Shown here piece after piece: positions 41,001 through 53,340 of a stretch of DNA of 64,000 nucleotides (positions within the stretch are counted from its first letter, which is position 1; each line of letters begins with the position of its first letter). The notes below the pieces were generated by a model, which was not told the DNA's origin, searched no databases, and saw only the letters and a program-made list of their open reading frames with translations. The stretch is from Mizuhopecten yessoensis. Its lineage: Eukaryota. The stretch is from the NCBI RefSeq assembly GCF_002113885.1, contig NW_018403686.1, positions 459,961 to 523,960 of the forward strand, given 5' to 3'. Position numbers and translations under genes: made by a program.

Positions 41001-44000
41001 AATACATTACGTTCTGATTAAATACATTTTCATTTTTTTAACTTGAATAGAAACACATATTTTATTAACCAACCGGCTCATTCCATGGTACTCGTAATAG
41101 TAGAGGATGTCCGCAGTGACATGGTCGGCTGACTCCGATATCTCAGTGATCTAAAACAATCCAATGAAATGCTATCCTTGTTTTTAAGTCAATCCTCAAA
41201 CATGTTTTGCATATTTTCCCTGTCTCGTTATTGAACGATTCGGGAATATTTGAACTGTCGTGGCTGCATAAATCAATATCTCTTAGTGCTTTGATGTTTA
41301 GCTCACCTGTCTGAAGGGCAAATAAGCTTATGCCATGGTGCGACGTCTGTCGTTCGTCGTCCATCCGTCACCTTTACATTTAAAACGCTTCTAGTCCTGA
41401 ACGACTCAGTGGATTTTAAAGAGGATTCCATTTTGGTATAAAGGGAGGTTGTGGCTCCATGGGGTTAGAAAGATGTGGCCGTAATAGAGGAAATTGAGGT
41501 AAACCTTTAAAATTCTCCTCCTGTACAAATGGAGGGTTTTTTACCAATTCTGTTTTGACATCTTTGAAGGGGATTTCAATTTTGTATAACCGGAGGGTGT
41601 GACTCCTCTGGGTGCAAAAGGCGGGGCCCATTAGGAGGATTAGAACCAAATTTGGTATGGAGCATCCTTTAACGATTGGTATGACGCCCTCGGGGCTGAG
41701 GGACAGTGCCAAAAGGGGTTATTTTACCATATTGCTTAAAACGACTTCTTTTCTGGACTTATCAACAATATTTGGTCTGGAGCATTCTTCAGTGGTTGAT
41801 GATTCGAATTGTACCAGTTGGACTGACCTCTAGGTCTGATGAGCGGGGCAAAAAATCCAGACTTTTTTACTTGGGCTTTGTCGAGACCCCCACCCTATCA
41901 CCATGTAAACATTTGCTGAGAAACACAATCATGAAATAACAATTACTATTGGGATCTGAACCCACCCCTAGGGACTTGATTTCTGAGCAATAACTTTAAA
42001 CTGTTGATATACATGTACCCACTCTATAACCATATGTACCATTGCTGGACATCAAGAGATGAACTCAATCAAGATATCAGTATTGACCATAGAGACTGGC
42101 CTTACCCATAGTGACTTTATATCACTTCAGATCCCTTCCTCATAACCATATATACATTTGATATGCATAAGAGATGAATACAGTCATGATAATATAATTG
42201 ATCGATTGGTCTGGTCCCATCCCTTGGAACTTTATTCCTGAGCTTTAACTTTTAATAGTTGTGATCCCCACGCCATTACAATTTGTCACCTTTCTAACTT
42301 GTAACACTCTTTCTGATTGGATGTCTTGCCGGGGTCTATATTTCTATAGACCCAGCTCTGCGCCGGGGTCTATAAAAGCACGTGCGAGGGGAAATCACAC
42401 AAACTACAAGTTTTCTTCATAGCAACAAAGATGGCGTCCGACACACACAAGCGTTCGAAGTTTACAGATCATTCACAGGATGAAATAGCCTACAGGCAAT
42501 CTAAAACGACAACAAATTCAACTAAACACATTGATGGGGCCTCCAGGGTGCTTATTGCAAAGATGGTTTTGTTTTGTCCACAATATTACTGAAAAGATGT
42601 CCGGTATGGGCTACTTTGTTAGTAGTCAAGTAAGGTGACAGTACCCAAATCGGATCACCTTTTGCAAAAATACTTATAAATCGATAAATGTGTCAACAAA
42701 TCAGTTATAACAATGATGTAGCCTTATACTAGATAGCCATGCAATATGTTTTGTCTACAGATGGTTAGTTTTTAAGTTCAAATAACACCAGATAACGTAA
42801 TTCAAACTCAAATTTCAGTGTTTTGTTTTAAAAAATGGCGCGTGCGACGACTATACATTCTGCTTTGGACTATAGGAATAAATTCACACTATAGAAATCC
42901 TTGTTTTTCATATAAATTCTAAAGGTCATCATAACATGTTAATATGCTGACAACAAATATTAATTTGAAGTGTAAGATACTGCAAAATTCAAGCCTTGAT
43001 CCGATACGGATGCTGACATTCGCAAAAAAATGGAAATGGTGATTGGTGACTTCAGAGCGTTCTATAAATGTCTCCAGTGAACCTCGGTGCTAATTAAGTT
43101 TGTAAGAACATCCATCGATATTCTTCTTTTGATACAACCATAGCTTAATATATTTCCTCCTCAGATTTTTTAATGAATGAATAAAAGGATGGTTTGGTGA
43201 TACGTTTTGGGTACTGTCACCGTACAACTGAAACTCACAAAGTGACTTATAATTTTGCAGGCAATAATGTAATAACAGATTGTCAGGGTGATACATTCGT
43301 TATCTCTGGGTTAGAAGTGGTCTACTGACTCATAGACCCATCCTAACCCAGAAATAACTAATAATATACCATTATTTGGCTTCAGGAGACCAACACAATC
43401 ATGATATCAATATTGATTCTTAGGTTTGAACTTACTTTTTGGGCCATAAGTTTAAAATGTTTCTGATCCCCACCCAAAAACCATATAAATATTTGATAGG
43501 CATAAAGAGATACAAACGGTCGTAATTAATAATTGACCATGGGGTCTGGTTCCACATCTCCAGGGACTCACATATTAGGTCATAACTTTGAAATGGTTGA
43601 GATCCCCACCCTTTAACCATATCTTCCATTACTGGACATCAAGAGACGAACACAATTTTGCTATCAATATTGCCTTTTCGTTGGGTCCTAGGGACATAAT
43701 TTCTGGGTTTTAACTTTGAATTGGTTGCGATCCTGAACTCATAGCCATATTTACCATTGTTGGGCATAAATATCAAGGTGAGCGATACAGGCCCTAAGAG
43801 CATCTAGTTGATAGTGTGTACATGTATGCAGTGATTAAGTAAACGTGAAGATAATGCAACAATCAATTATTTTTGGCATATGTTAATACTATTCTATTTA
43901 TGACATAAACCTACCTTTTCTAGCCATATGTCTTCACATATCTTGTTCTCTGAAGTTCCGAGGTTGACGTATCCCTTCATACGAAAAATATCAGCTATAT

Positions 44001-46457
44001 TGTTATATACAAAAATTATGTGCACGCATTGTACAAGTATAATGATGAACGGAATAATTAAGAACACTTTTTTGATTTGAACAAAATGCAACAAAAAGAT
44101 ACACTAAACCGGGAAATTTTCGCTCAGTCAAATTTCGCCCTTCACCTATAAAATTCGTATTCGCCAAGTTTTAGTTCACCTGTTTAATAATGTTCACTGT
44201 AATAGTAACTTCGCCTTCTTTACGTAGGGCAAACAAGGCGATAATCAGACTGTGGCGAAAATGTCCACTTAACTGTAAATCCTCTAAATTAGGAAGCGTA
44301 AGCGTCTTTTACATGAACGTCGACAAAGACAGACACCTTATAATAAAGGTACTGTCAAATGCTGAAATCGGAAACGGGTGTAGTGATAACAAAACAACGA
44401 GGCAATTTATGAGCATAATGAAAAACATTTCAGCATATTTCCAATTGAGATCATGATAGCGAACTGGAACTTGTCCAGAGTCTTCATTAACTGGCATTCC
44501 TCGCAATCCTGTGTTATAAGTTAGCCCGTCCGGTCCCGATATCCATCATTGATATCATGATAGCGAACTGGAACTTGTCCAGAGTCTTCATTAACTGGCA
44601 TTCCTCGCAATCTTGTGTTATAAGTTAGCCCGTCCGGTCCCGATATCCATCATTGATATTATGATAGCGAACTGGAACTTGTCCAGAGTCTTTATTAACT
44701 GGCATTCCTCGCAATCCTGTGTTATAAGTTAGCGCGTCGGGGCACGAGATCCATCATTGATATCATTATAGCGAACTGGAACTTGTCCAGAGTCTTTATT
44801 AACTGGCATTCCTCGCAATCCTGTGTTATAAGTTAGCCCGTCCGGTCCCGATATCCATCATTGATATTATGATAGCGAAGTGGAACTTGTCCAGAGTCTT
44901 CATTAACTGGCATTCCTCGCAATCTTGTGTTATAAGTTAGCCCGTCCGGTCCCGATATCCATCATTGATATTATGATAGCGAAGTGGAACTTGTCCAGAG
45001 TCTTCATTAACTGGCATTCCTCGGAATCCCGTGTTATAAGTTAGCCCGTCAGGTCTCGATATCCATCATTGAATTCATGATAGCGAACTGGAACTTGTCC
45101 AGAGTCTTTATTAACTGGCATTCTTCGCAATCCTGTGTTATAAGTTAGCCCGTCAGGTCTCGATATCCATCATTGAGATCATGATAACGAACTGGAACTT
45201 GTCCAGAGTCTTCATTAACTGGCATTCCTCGGAATCCTGTGTTATACGTTAGCCCGTCCGGTCTCGATATCATGTGAATTGCACGTGAGTTTCACGTGAA
45301 ATTCACGTGAAAAATATTTGGCTGTGTAGTTTACGAGGGAAATATAAAGAGGGCTAAGATGTCAAAATGACGTTTAGGTCCTAGCTTTGTTGTTTTCAAA
45401 GATCATTTGTGTATATTAACTTTTGGTAATCGCAATACAGAAATACATATCAAATGGGAATTATAAGATTTCTTTTGCAATGCGAACAAATAAGTAAAAC
45501 TAGAAACTGCCAGTTTAATACCATCTTATATACATGTAAATTCATGTAAAATTGACCTCTGTGATTGTACAGTCGTAAATATCTCTTCGCTCAGTATTAA
45601 AATACCAGGATCCCTTCTATAGGGAAAGATGTCCCTGAAAGTTTGCTGACTAAGCCTTCTTCTAGTTGTACATGTCAGTCCATAACAAGATGCACAGTTG
45701 TGGCGAGGGCCACTTAAATCTAATAACATTACAAAGATGCATGACGTGTAATGTAATGAAATATTATATTGCGAATTGTTTTCGAAATGATTCGGATAAA
45801 GTCAACGCTAAAATTGCTGCTTGTCATATTGTGGAATGCCATGCTCCTTTAGTTTCAGAACATGTTATGAGAAGCACTTTACAAGAAGCTTTGCTCTAAT
45901 GAAGAAATGCTGAAACACGCTGAACTCAATAATGTCATTGAATACATGTTCGTTATAATTAAGATTTTGTAAAAATCATACCGGTTTTCACAAGTTGTAT
46001 ATGATACGCATACTATTCTTGAACAACTTCATGTATATTTACTTACTATAATTATTTGACCCTACCGCGATTACTTTATGTATTTTTATGCATATCGGTT
46101 TTTGGTTCCGACCTTGTCCTGGTGCAGGGACTTTTTTCCACGCAGGTAAATACACGTGTCATGCAATTCAAAAGTAGCAGATACAGTTAATTTTGATGTT
46201 TTCTTGTACTTATTTTCAAGCCAGACGCACTGTTCGCATTAACATACTGAAAAATGGGCGTGGTCATGAGTATTGTTGGTTATATAACTTTTAAAGAAAC
46301 CTGTATTACGAACTACAATCTTCAATGGATTGAAATTACTAATCATCCTTGTTACCTGTGGATTGGTGGCTTCATCATAACTACTGGACATTGTTTTCAA
46401 GAAGTTGATCAAAAGGAAATCATTCTTTGAGGTTTCCTGTGCCCTTTTTGAAAGCAT
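25949..46457 (-). CDS. ACCS: ACC-synthase-like PLP-dependent enzyme (ACCS-like), copy B, 13 coding exons, 432 aa
   Basis: Exons on the minus strand: 46457-46356, 43974-43915, 41150-41074, 31941-31872, 31456-31390, 31062-30968, 30235-30161, 29722-29622, 29500-29371, 28844-28703, 28433-28288, 27612-27459, 26028-25949 (1299 nt, open to TAA). Exons 1-12 have exactly the lengths of copy A. Motifs: GYVNLGTSENKIC, YEYHG, PTPAY, SPSNP, DEIY, LSKDFG, PGWFR. Confidence 0.93.
27459..27612 (-). CDS. ACCS-like B exon 12
   Basis: FLNERTKEEEIKLF...PGTELLCPIPGWFRLTY. Confidence 0.92.
27660..27985. mobile_element. Partial copy of the 12195-13170 MITE family (intron 11 of copy B)
   Basis: Shares GGGC(G/A)AACGATTGTT(T/A)AATCGCACAGTTGTG, CGATGTATGCACGG and TTGACAGT(C/T)TAAC with 12830-13160. 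Confidence 0.6.
28288..28433 (-). CDS. ACCS-like B exon 11
   Basis: EWIDKTYFPTYYTRA...VIFFWMDLSQ. Confidence 0.92.
28703..28844 (-). CDS. ACCS-like B exon 10
   Basis: DFGLSGFRCGVVYSHD...DILSDT. Confidence 0.93.
29012..29336 (-). mobile_element. 5'-truncated copy of the same SINE (intron 9 of copy B)
   Basis: Co-linear similarity to 61470-61797 (TGCCTTATCAGGCGCTAAC, CCTATGTGTGTAT, GTAGTGGGACCGTGC, CACTTGAATGCTAC). Confidence 0.75.
29371..29500 (-). CDS. ACCS-like B exon 9 (PLP lysine)
   Basis: EDLHVIFDEIYALS...THFIWGLSK. Confidence 0.94.
29622..29722 (-). CDS. ACCS-like B exon 8
   Basis: GLTVRGVILTSPSNPTGKVYTKQELADLMEFCK(R). Confidence 0.93.
30161..30235 (-). CDS. ACCS-like B exon 7
   Basis: DESSDDPCKMRSDVLESYLLKAKQR. 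Confidence 0.87.
30455..30846 (+). mobile_element. SINE-like element with duplicated core and (CAAA)n tail
   Basis: Two copies of TATCGTA(AG/GA)AGGCGACT..GTGG.ACC; tail ATGATCCTGGCTGTTGCTAGG..AACCCAAACAAACAAAC. Confidence 0.55.
30968..31062 (-). CDS. ACCS-like B exon 6
   Basis: DVFLCPTPAYTRLKYDMLDIGGVDIYEVPMFD. Confidence 0.92.
31390..31456 (-). CDS. ACCS-like B exon 5
   Basis: IILLSGVATTINALAFTLADVG. Confidence 0.9.
31872..31941 (-). CDS. ACCS-like B exon 4
   Basis: VRKTFSKFIEDRFKSKMKIQEEK. Confidence 0.88.
32750..39440. repeat. 47-bp satellite array (~140 units) with orientation switches, in intron 3 of copy B
   Basis: Unit GTATATACGGTACAGTTACCCTAGTAACAGTGTCGTGTATGTCT(G/A)TA; inverted blocks at ~33377-33428, 33771-34431 and 35236-36145. 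Confidence 0.95.
39610..40790 (+). repeat. 34-bp satellite related to the 47-mer, with a 170-bp (5-mer) higher-order repeat
   Basis: Unit GCAGAGCAGTTACCCTAGTACCAGTGTTGTGTAA; the variant AGTTTCCCTA recurs at 39711, 39881, 40051 and 40221; degenerate 47-mers resume at 40790-40970. Confidence 0.95.
41074..41150 (-). CDS. ACCS-like B exon 3
   Basis: ITEISESADHVTADILYYYEYHGMS(R). Confidence 0.88.
42296..43365. mobile_element. Non-autonomous hairpin-ended element nested in the HINE (Crypton-like, tentative)
   Basis: Left hairpin GGGTCTATA-TTTC-TATAGACCC; right ~27-bp hairpin GTTATCTCTGGGTTAG..CTAACCCAGAAATAAC; it interrupts the HINE repeat pattern. Confidence 0.4.
42634..43221. mobile_element. 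MITE with 26-bp TIRs
   Basis: GGTGACAGTACCCAAATCGGATCACC versus right end reverse complement GGTGACAGTACCCAAAACGTATCACC (2 mismatches). Confidence 0.8.
43915..43974 (-). CDS. ACCS-like B exon 2
   Basis: GYVNLGTSENKICEDIWLEK. Confidence 0.9.
44100..44277. mobile_element. Short MITE (TA-flanked, Tc1/mariner-like ends)
   Basis: TACACTAAACCGGGAAATTTTCGC ... GGCGAAAATGTCCACTTAACTGTA imperfect TIRs, with internal TTCGCC/GGCGA repeats. Confidence 0.5.
44444..45271. repeat. 104-bp tandem repeat, 8 copies (intron 1 of copy B)
   Basis: GAA(C/G)TGGAACTTGTCCAGAG at 44461, 44565, 44669, 44773, 44877, 44981, 45085 and 45189. Confidence 0.95.
46356..46457 (-). CDS. ACCS-like B exon 1
   Basis: MLSKRAQ...YDEATNPQ; tttcag acceptor 2 nt before the ATG, as in copy A. 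Confidence 0.85.
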
Positions 46458-49400
46458 TTCTGAAATGTGAAGAATGAAATAATAAGAGTGAACCTTATCT
46501 TTCATGTTATAACTGATTGTGATCGGCCACAGAAAAACAACCTTTTTGCCCATTTTGTGGTATTTTGACCGCTTGATGAATTATTTCTGTTAAAACTAAG
46601 GCCCGTTTAATTTTTATTCAAGCAATTGCACAGCAAAGTGTAAAACAGCGAACAATCAATTTTGGAATAAGACGTTGTTTTGGGTGTGCAGACAACAGAT
46701 CATAAGAACATACTATATAGTTTCAAAGCGGGACCGACAGGTGTACAGTTTAAAGCAAATTTATGTTATAACCGCCAGTACAAAGAACATACGCACACTC
46801 AACATCCTGACTAAGTTTACCAAGAACTACGTTCACTGTTTAAGAAAACATGTTAGTAAACCTCATATTTATGACAGCATGTGTACAAGGAGGGCAATAT
46901 TCTCGCTATAGCCACTATTGACATTGTACTAAAGGATTGTGTTAGCAAGTTGTCATGACGTATGACTCTACAGCAAACTGAACGGTCAGAAATACGGCTT
47001 TAACAGTCCTTTTTTTTGGTAGTTCCCATACTTGTGAGTGCTCGATCTGTTTGCCGACAGGTAGAATGGTTAGGTAGGAGGACAAAACATTAGCAAAATA
47101 TCCGCGTCGTTGCCTTTCGTTCAATGTTAGTCTGTGATCTCATATATTATTTAAAAAAAACACACATTTCTATAGTCAATACATTGGCTTGTTCATTTTA
47201 TGTAAAATATAATTGAAGTAAAATAATCGTTAGCCTACTTAAATTATCATAATTATATGTAATACACAGTTTTGGTTATTTTTTATTTTCTTTAATATTC
47301 TAGTTTTTCAAATAAATGTCAACTTATTATTTTATGAAACGGGATTCTTTTCAAACAAGTTTGTGATAAAATGCAATGTATCACTTGCTTATTGCATTTA
47401 TCAAATTTGATTGAAGACTAAATGCAAAATGGATGTATACACCGTATCTTAGTTGTACATCTGTTTTATTCCATATTGTATTTTCAGTATATATAATAAA
47501 TCATATTAAGTATTAATAAAGAGTTTCATTGCGTCTACAAACCCCCATGAACTTACATTAAATGTATGTGCATGCTATAGCACACACAATGAATATATGT
47601 TATGTCTCACATATCTCACCTCAAATACTGAAAACTTGATTACCGATATGCCACACACCGACAAGACCATTGGCATCGTGTTACTTAGTATCTCATATCA
47701 ATAATGCCCTGTGAAACAGACTAGATTTCTAGCGACCACTGGAATGATCGAAACATGCAAAAACTTAAATGCAATATAGTTTCATACTTGCCTTTCAGTG
47801 AAAATATGTTTACAATTCATAATGAGCTAATCTTTTTTCCGTTAGATATGTAAATAGTATATGCCAGATTTCGATATTTTCTGTTTCGTTCCACACACTT
47901 ACATGAAGGACGGCTGATAGCATACTGTATGTACCTCAAGTAGTACTTTAACTCACCAAAATGGAAAAAAAGCTCTCTGAATAGTTATCTTTTCTCATAA
48001 GGCTTAATTGCAAGTTCTCTTTGTACATTCGGCTTCACAAAGGAAACTCGATTCCACTACACATTGCGATGCCCCCTGTATGATTTACTTCAACCCGATA
48101 ATGCATTTTGACCTTACTGAAAAGTTGCTCCTATTTAAAGACGAAAATCTCTCTTTCGCACAAAATTATCAACTGTTCCCCTGGGTTCAACAATTTACTA
48201 TAGTTTAAACACTTGTTAATGATTTACTTGTTACATGTCTTAAAATAGTATCATATATATGCAAATGAGGAATTTTGAAAATTCTTAATCATATATTTTG
48301 TGAATTTAAAGTGTTTAAATCTGAATTAGTAACTTTTTTTTTTTTTTAATTATTCATGAAATAATTTGTGAACTTGAATGATATAAATCTGATTTTGTGT
48401 CTATATGTGTTTAATCTACCTCCCCTTCTCATATACAATGTTTTGTAGATTTACGTTGATTCAGCATTGATATTTGTCTTATATAATAAGTACTCAAACC
48501 AGATGAAAAATCTTTTAACAACGTGATGTTAACATGCTGTACCCCTCAATTTCATTTGAAGGAAGTGACTTGATATAAAATCTAGGCTTCTTTCCATATC
48601 TTGTTTAAATTGTTTGTAAATTTGAGTGCACCCCAATCTTTAAGTAGGCTAGTCATAAGCGTAAATATCTTTCATCGCTGAAAATAGAAATCAGGTGTTT
48701 TGAAACAAGCACTCTTACAAAATAAATTAATACAAATTTCAATATTAAAATTTCAGCTATCATTTCTTAGATGAGCTATTGAAATAGAAAAGCGTTATTT
48801 AGTTATGATTAGCCATGGGATATGTTTGATGTATTATTTGTAAAGACAATCTATATTTTACCTGCAATAACTTTAACTGGTATCCAACAAACAGCTCAGG
48901 GTAATAACACCAGAGGCGTTTCAAGATACAGATTACTTGTGGATATATCTACTTTTATGGATCAAAGATTACATATTGTCGTGCTGCCTAACGTTTAAAT
49001 TGAATGCTACTGAAGTATTCATACTCATGCACATTATTGCAAAACAGACTTGTTGCAACAACGCGTAAAACCACATGTTCTAACTAGTGACACCTTATCT
49101 GTGTTCTTAAATTGTTTTAATATAAACCGTTTTCTGCATTACCCGGACCTAAGTAAAAACCGAATCCTTTAATAATGAATGCACTCATCATTTACTCCTA
49201 TTGAAGCCATTTCACGGCTCTGTCAAACATCATTATTACATTGAAAGAAAAAACAAACTGTTTTGTGTTCACCTAAAAAAAATATTCTTATTTGTCGTTG
49301 TAGCACTAAACAATTCAAATTATTAACAAAACAAAAATCACAGATTTACAATCTCTATTTGAATTCATCTCCATGGTAAATTAGGCGGATCATTCTGATC

Positions 49401-51663
49401 GTGATTTTTATAGGATTTGTTATCAAATCATGATATTAACATATTAAATGATAATGTTTTGGACATTCACCTGATAAAAGAAACTTCTTGATATCCGAAT
49501 ATTTAGCCGATTTTGTTTTCTTATTGCTTCATGCGTAAGAGTTCGTTGAAGTGGTTCGTTAATTTTGATGCGTCAATCTAACGGCTTCAAAATGCAGCCA
49601 ATAACAAGTATATTCATGCACACACGTTACCTCTGACATCTATCGTCTGACACTGTTTTCGCATACATTACAATTAATTTGCAAGTATAACTAGTTCGGT
49701 GAATGTTATTGCATGTAGCTTCGGTCATCATATCCAACCAAATATTTAAATATTGTCATCCCTAAACTCAACAGTTTGATCCTGTATGTGTATACTATTA
49801 AATGCCTATGACATTATGTTATATCAAGAAGATGATTTTTCTTCTTGAATACATGTTATAGATGCATATTGTATACACGTATCTATCAAAATTAATACAT
49901 GTGACATTTTGAAATAGAATGCTTTGTCCCATATAGACAGTGCAGACAAAATGATTCAAACCTTTTTTCGGGTAATCTGTTTCTTTAACAAGACACAGTA
50001 CAGGGAATTTTGGAACTGTTACATAATATCAAAACAAATTGAAATAATAAGTTAGTTGAAACATTGAAGACAGTTATCGACTGATAGGAATTGTCGAAAT
50101 AACTTGAAAACCGTTAGATATATATGGTAATATATATTTCTGTAATAGAAATATGAAGAAATCCAGCAAGCGTAGGGAAAACTAGTAATAGAAAGAGGTT
50201 ACGGAAATACAGAACATTCGTCCACGTAATATATTCCCATACACTAACATGAAGCAGCAAACAGGTTGATCTACTCCCAATTTAATGAAAGGAGAAATGA
50301 TAACCAATAAAGCGAACAGTACAAGTTAATTGTTTAACTGGTTTAATAGAGAAATGGCGAATAGTACCGGTTCTTCAGGGGCCCAAAAATAATCCTCTCA
50401 ATCTGGTCTGCAGATCGTCACTGTGAATAAACACGTCTGAATCGGAATTTCAAAATTTGTCTTTGAATTATTGTACAAAACATATTCTTTGTCCTTATAA
50501 AGCGACGTGTTGCATTCTTTGTTAGTTGTTCATCAGAGAAAATTTGAAAACATTTCATTTATTGTTGTTATCAAGGCTGTGAGGAAAACCGCTTAGCTGT
50601 CATGCAGAATTCCGTCCTTTGAATAAATAGCATATAAAATAGTTTATTTAAGCATTTACCTGCTTTCAGTTTGCAATCATAGACAAAATGTATGCCAACT
50701 GGACAACAGCATATTCAATGGAGCGCTATGGCTTTATGTTGGATTTGCCTTTGTCTAGTTGCAACTGAAAGCAGTTCATAACTTATATTTACCATTTTTG
50801 GAATTTGTTCATCTCATAAAAAAATCAATTGCACCTATTGTTATTCAGCATTCAGTTCAAATAAGTTAGTGTCGTGTATAATTATGCTTGTTCAATGAAT
50901 ATACCAGCTATCGTCCGGGGAGGGTCAGTGGTATACAACCTAACAATTGTGACGCTATAAAAATGATGTCAATAATCGGTTCATGTCATTCATAGCATAA
51001 ATGAATGCCAACTGAATTGGGTAGGGTTATATAGGAAAATGCTATACGATGGTTAATACTGCTAAATGCACTATGTCGGTTTCCTTAATAAAGTGTTTAA
51101 ATGATTCTGTGATCAATAAAACCACAATTCAGTAGCACGTTGCCATTTTATTTGACTCATCTTTTAGACACAATTACTTCATTTCACCTGAGATTAGTGC
51201 ATGACAGTGGACATTCTTATCTAATTTTATTATTTTTCTATTTCTAATTTGGTTTTATGTTTTATTTATTTATGTTTGATTAATGAGATCTTTGCCCAAC
51301 GATAGGGCGTAAAAGGGTAGTTTGTAGGGTTAAATAATTCCAGCTACCAATACGAGTTTGGTGTTGGTTTTATTATCTTTAACGTTCTATCAACAAGACG
51401 GAACTATATTAAGTTACTGTGTCGTTGTGTTGGTGTTGCTGTACGTTGTGTATTTTCATTGAGCGAACGAGAATCATGAATATACTCGAGGTATAAAAAC
51501 CCATGAAATTTTTCAGGCTGAGACACATCCTGTCATCTTGGATCTTCAGTTTGTGTAACAAACATCTAGCCCAGTTGAATAATTACAGACTTTAACGTTC
51601 CAGCTGTCAAGAAGCAACATGTAAATATCACGAATGTGTTGTTTATTGCAATAAGAGCATTGC

Positions 51664-51783
51664 ATATATAAGGCACTGTATTGTTTACGGATACATAACA
51701 AATAACATTTTTACGAGTGGGCGTCTGACAAATGACAACAAAATATGTTTGTTGGACACAAGATCAGAGTCTTACAGGTAAAA
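51664..51783 (+). promoter_or_regulatory. Possible TATA box and short non-coding first exon of the acyl-CoA synthetase gene
   Basis: TATATAAG at ~51665 and a CAG/GTAAAA donor at 51777/51778; the ORF at 53341 is preceded by an acceptor. Purely motif-based. Confidence 0.2.
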
Positions 51784-52289
51784 TGCATGTGCGGTAGAAT
51801 CGAACGTTGTTTATACAGTCACGTTTCTTTCTATGTAATCTAACTAAATTAAACAGTTTGACAATTTGACCACTTTTTTTTTTAATTTTGTGTAGTAAAA
51901 GGGAAATCTGTCTCTCAACCATCAGATGTTAGGTGATAATTGAATGAAGATTATGTGACTCGCTTAGTGAAATTTTACACTGTATATTTCTCTGAAATTC
52001 TTACATAATAATTGAAAATAATATCTTTTATTTATCAAGGGTAACATATTGAGGCAATGTCTAGTTTACAAAGTGGCAAAACAAAAAATTCAGATAATAA
52101 TAAAATAGTATACGATGCATGGGTGTGGTATATACCCCTAAACTCCAGAATAATAATCGAGTACATGTGTTAGTTAAGAGTTCTTTAGACAGGAACACAT
52201 TTATTTGTGATGAGGATATGATTTTTTGTTGTATTTTCACAGAAAATAGTGTTAAAGTCCCGTTAGGTTTAACACTGTCCTCACTTACT

Positions 52290-52460
52290 AAAATGATGTC
52301 AAGAACGTATGTAGCAATGCGACCACTATGCGTATATCGGTCTTTTCAAATAAATTGTATCCTTTGATCGAGATGTCGGAATCGTCGTTCGTACTGTCAG
52401 TATGACTTTCTGACACCGTTAATAGGTCAAAGCAATGATTCATCGGTATCTTTATAAATC
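52290..52460 (-). mobile_element. LINE APE endonuclease fragment
   Basis: FDLLTVSESH..DSDISIKGYNLF(R)KDR..SGRIATYV. Confidence 0.6.
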
Positions 52461-53340
52461 CACGACAGCAATTAAAAGAGTCTACATATACCAAAAGCTT
52501 CATTTAAAAAGTAATCATGCAAGGAATTCCCACGTTTGGTTATGTTAAGGCTTTTGCTTTACGCTTCACAGGTAAAGTACAAATGGTCTATACTGGTACA
52601 TGTATTTGGTTTACAATGAATGTTATTGTCTATCTGCCAAGATGAAGTATAGAATATTGATTGAATTCCTGGTTTCCAGTATTTCTGAAGTGTAAAGTAG
52701 CAAGATTTATGAACAGAAACATTGTACCCCGTATTAGTATTAATGGAAGAACAACGGCGAAGGACATGCGGGTCATTATGCTTTACCAAGTATTTCGCTT
52801 CACTTTCTGATATTACATATACAAGACTGAACTTAAATTTAAGGACAGTACTTGCTATTATACATCAGCCGTGTTCTTCCATCAGTTCCATTTCTTTCCT
52901 CAATTAAACCCATACGAAACTACGGTGATTTTCATATCAGAATTGATATTCACATGTGTGCTCCTTATATCGCAATTAAGAGTACCATTATAGACGTTGT
53001 CAGATGATGGACACGTTAACGTTGCAACTCGGGGTTTCAAGCAGTTTTTAGGGACTTGTTCTTAACATAAAGAATGTATTGAATTCAATTGTGCTCAAAG
53101 CGATTTATAGTTTATTCCCATCACAGAAAATCGAAAACCTGCACTCTTACATGAAGACTATTAAATAAGTAAAACAATGCATAACATGGCTAATGTAATA
53201 GCGTCCGTATCGCACAATATCACTTTTTCGTTCAGAGCTTAAAATTTCGTGTAATCTGAATAGCACGAGGTTTTTGTTATGTTATTACATTGGTATTTTT
53301 GATATTCTAAACTTATTCAAATTTGTTTTTCAATTTCAGA

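Larger units (their letters stand above)
41297..43809 (+). mobile_element. HINE/Helentron-like element with nested insertions (intron 2 of copy B)
   Basis: 5' TTTAGCTCACCTG plus CGTC microsatellite, degenerate internal tandem repeats, 3' AGGTGAGCGATACAGGCCC..CTAGTT (subterminal inverted repeat GCTCACCT/AGGTGAGC). Confidence 0.72.

Noticed and set aside
41830-41870. CTGATGAG as a hammerhead ribozyme core
   Set aside because: No stem II closed by GAAA; it aligns with degenerate HINE internal repeats
44444-45271. 104-bp unit as a twister or hammerhead retrozyme (contains CCGGTCCC)
   Set aside because: Lacks the downstream AAGCCCGG-type pairing and a CTGANGA/GAAA core on either strand; an Infernal search would be the decisive test
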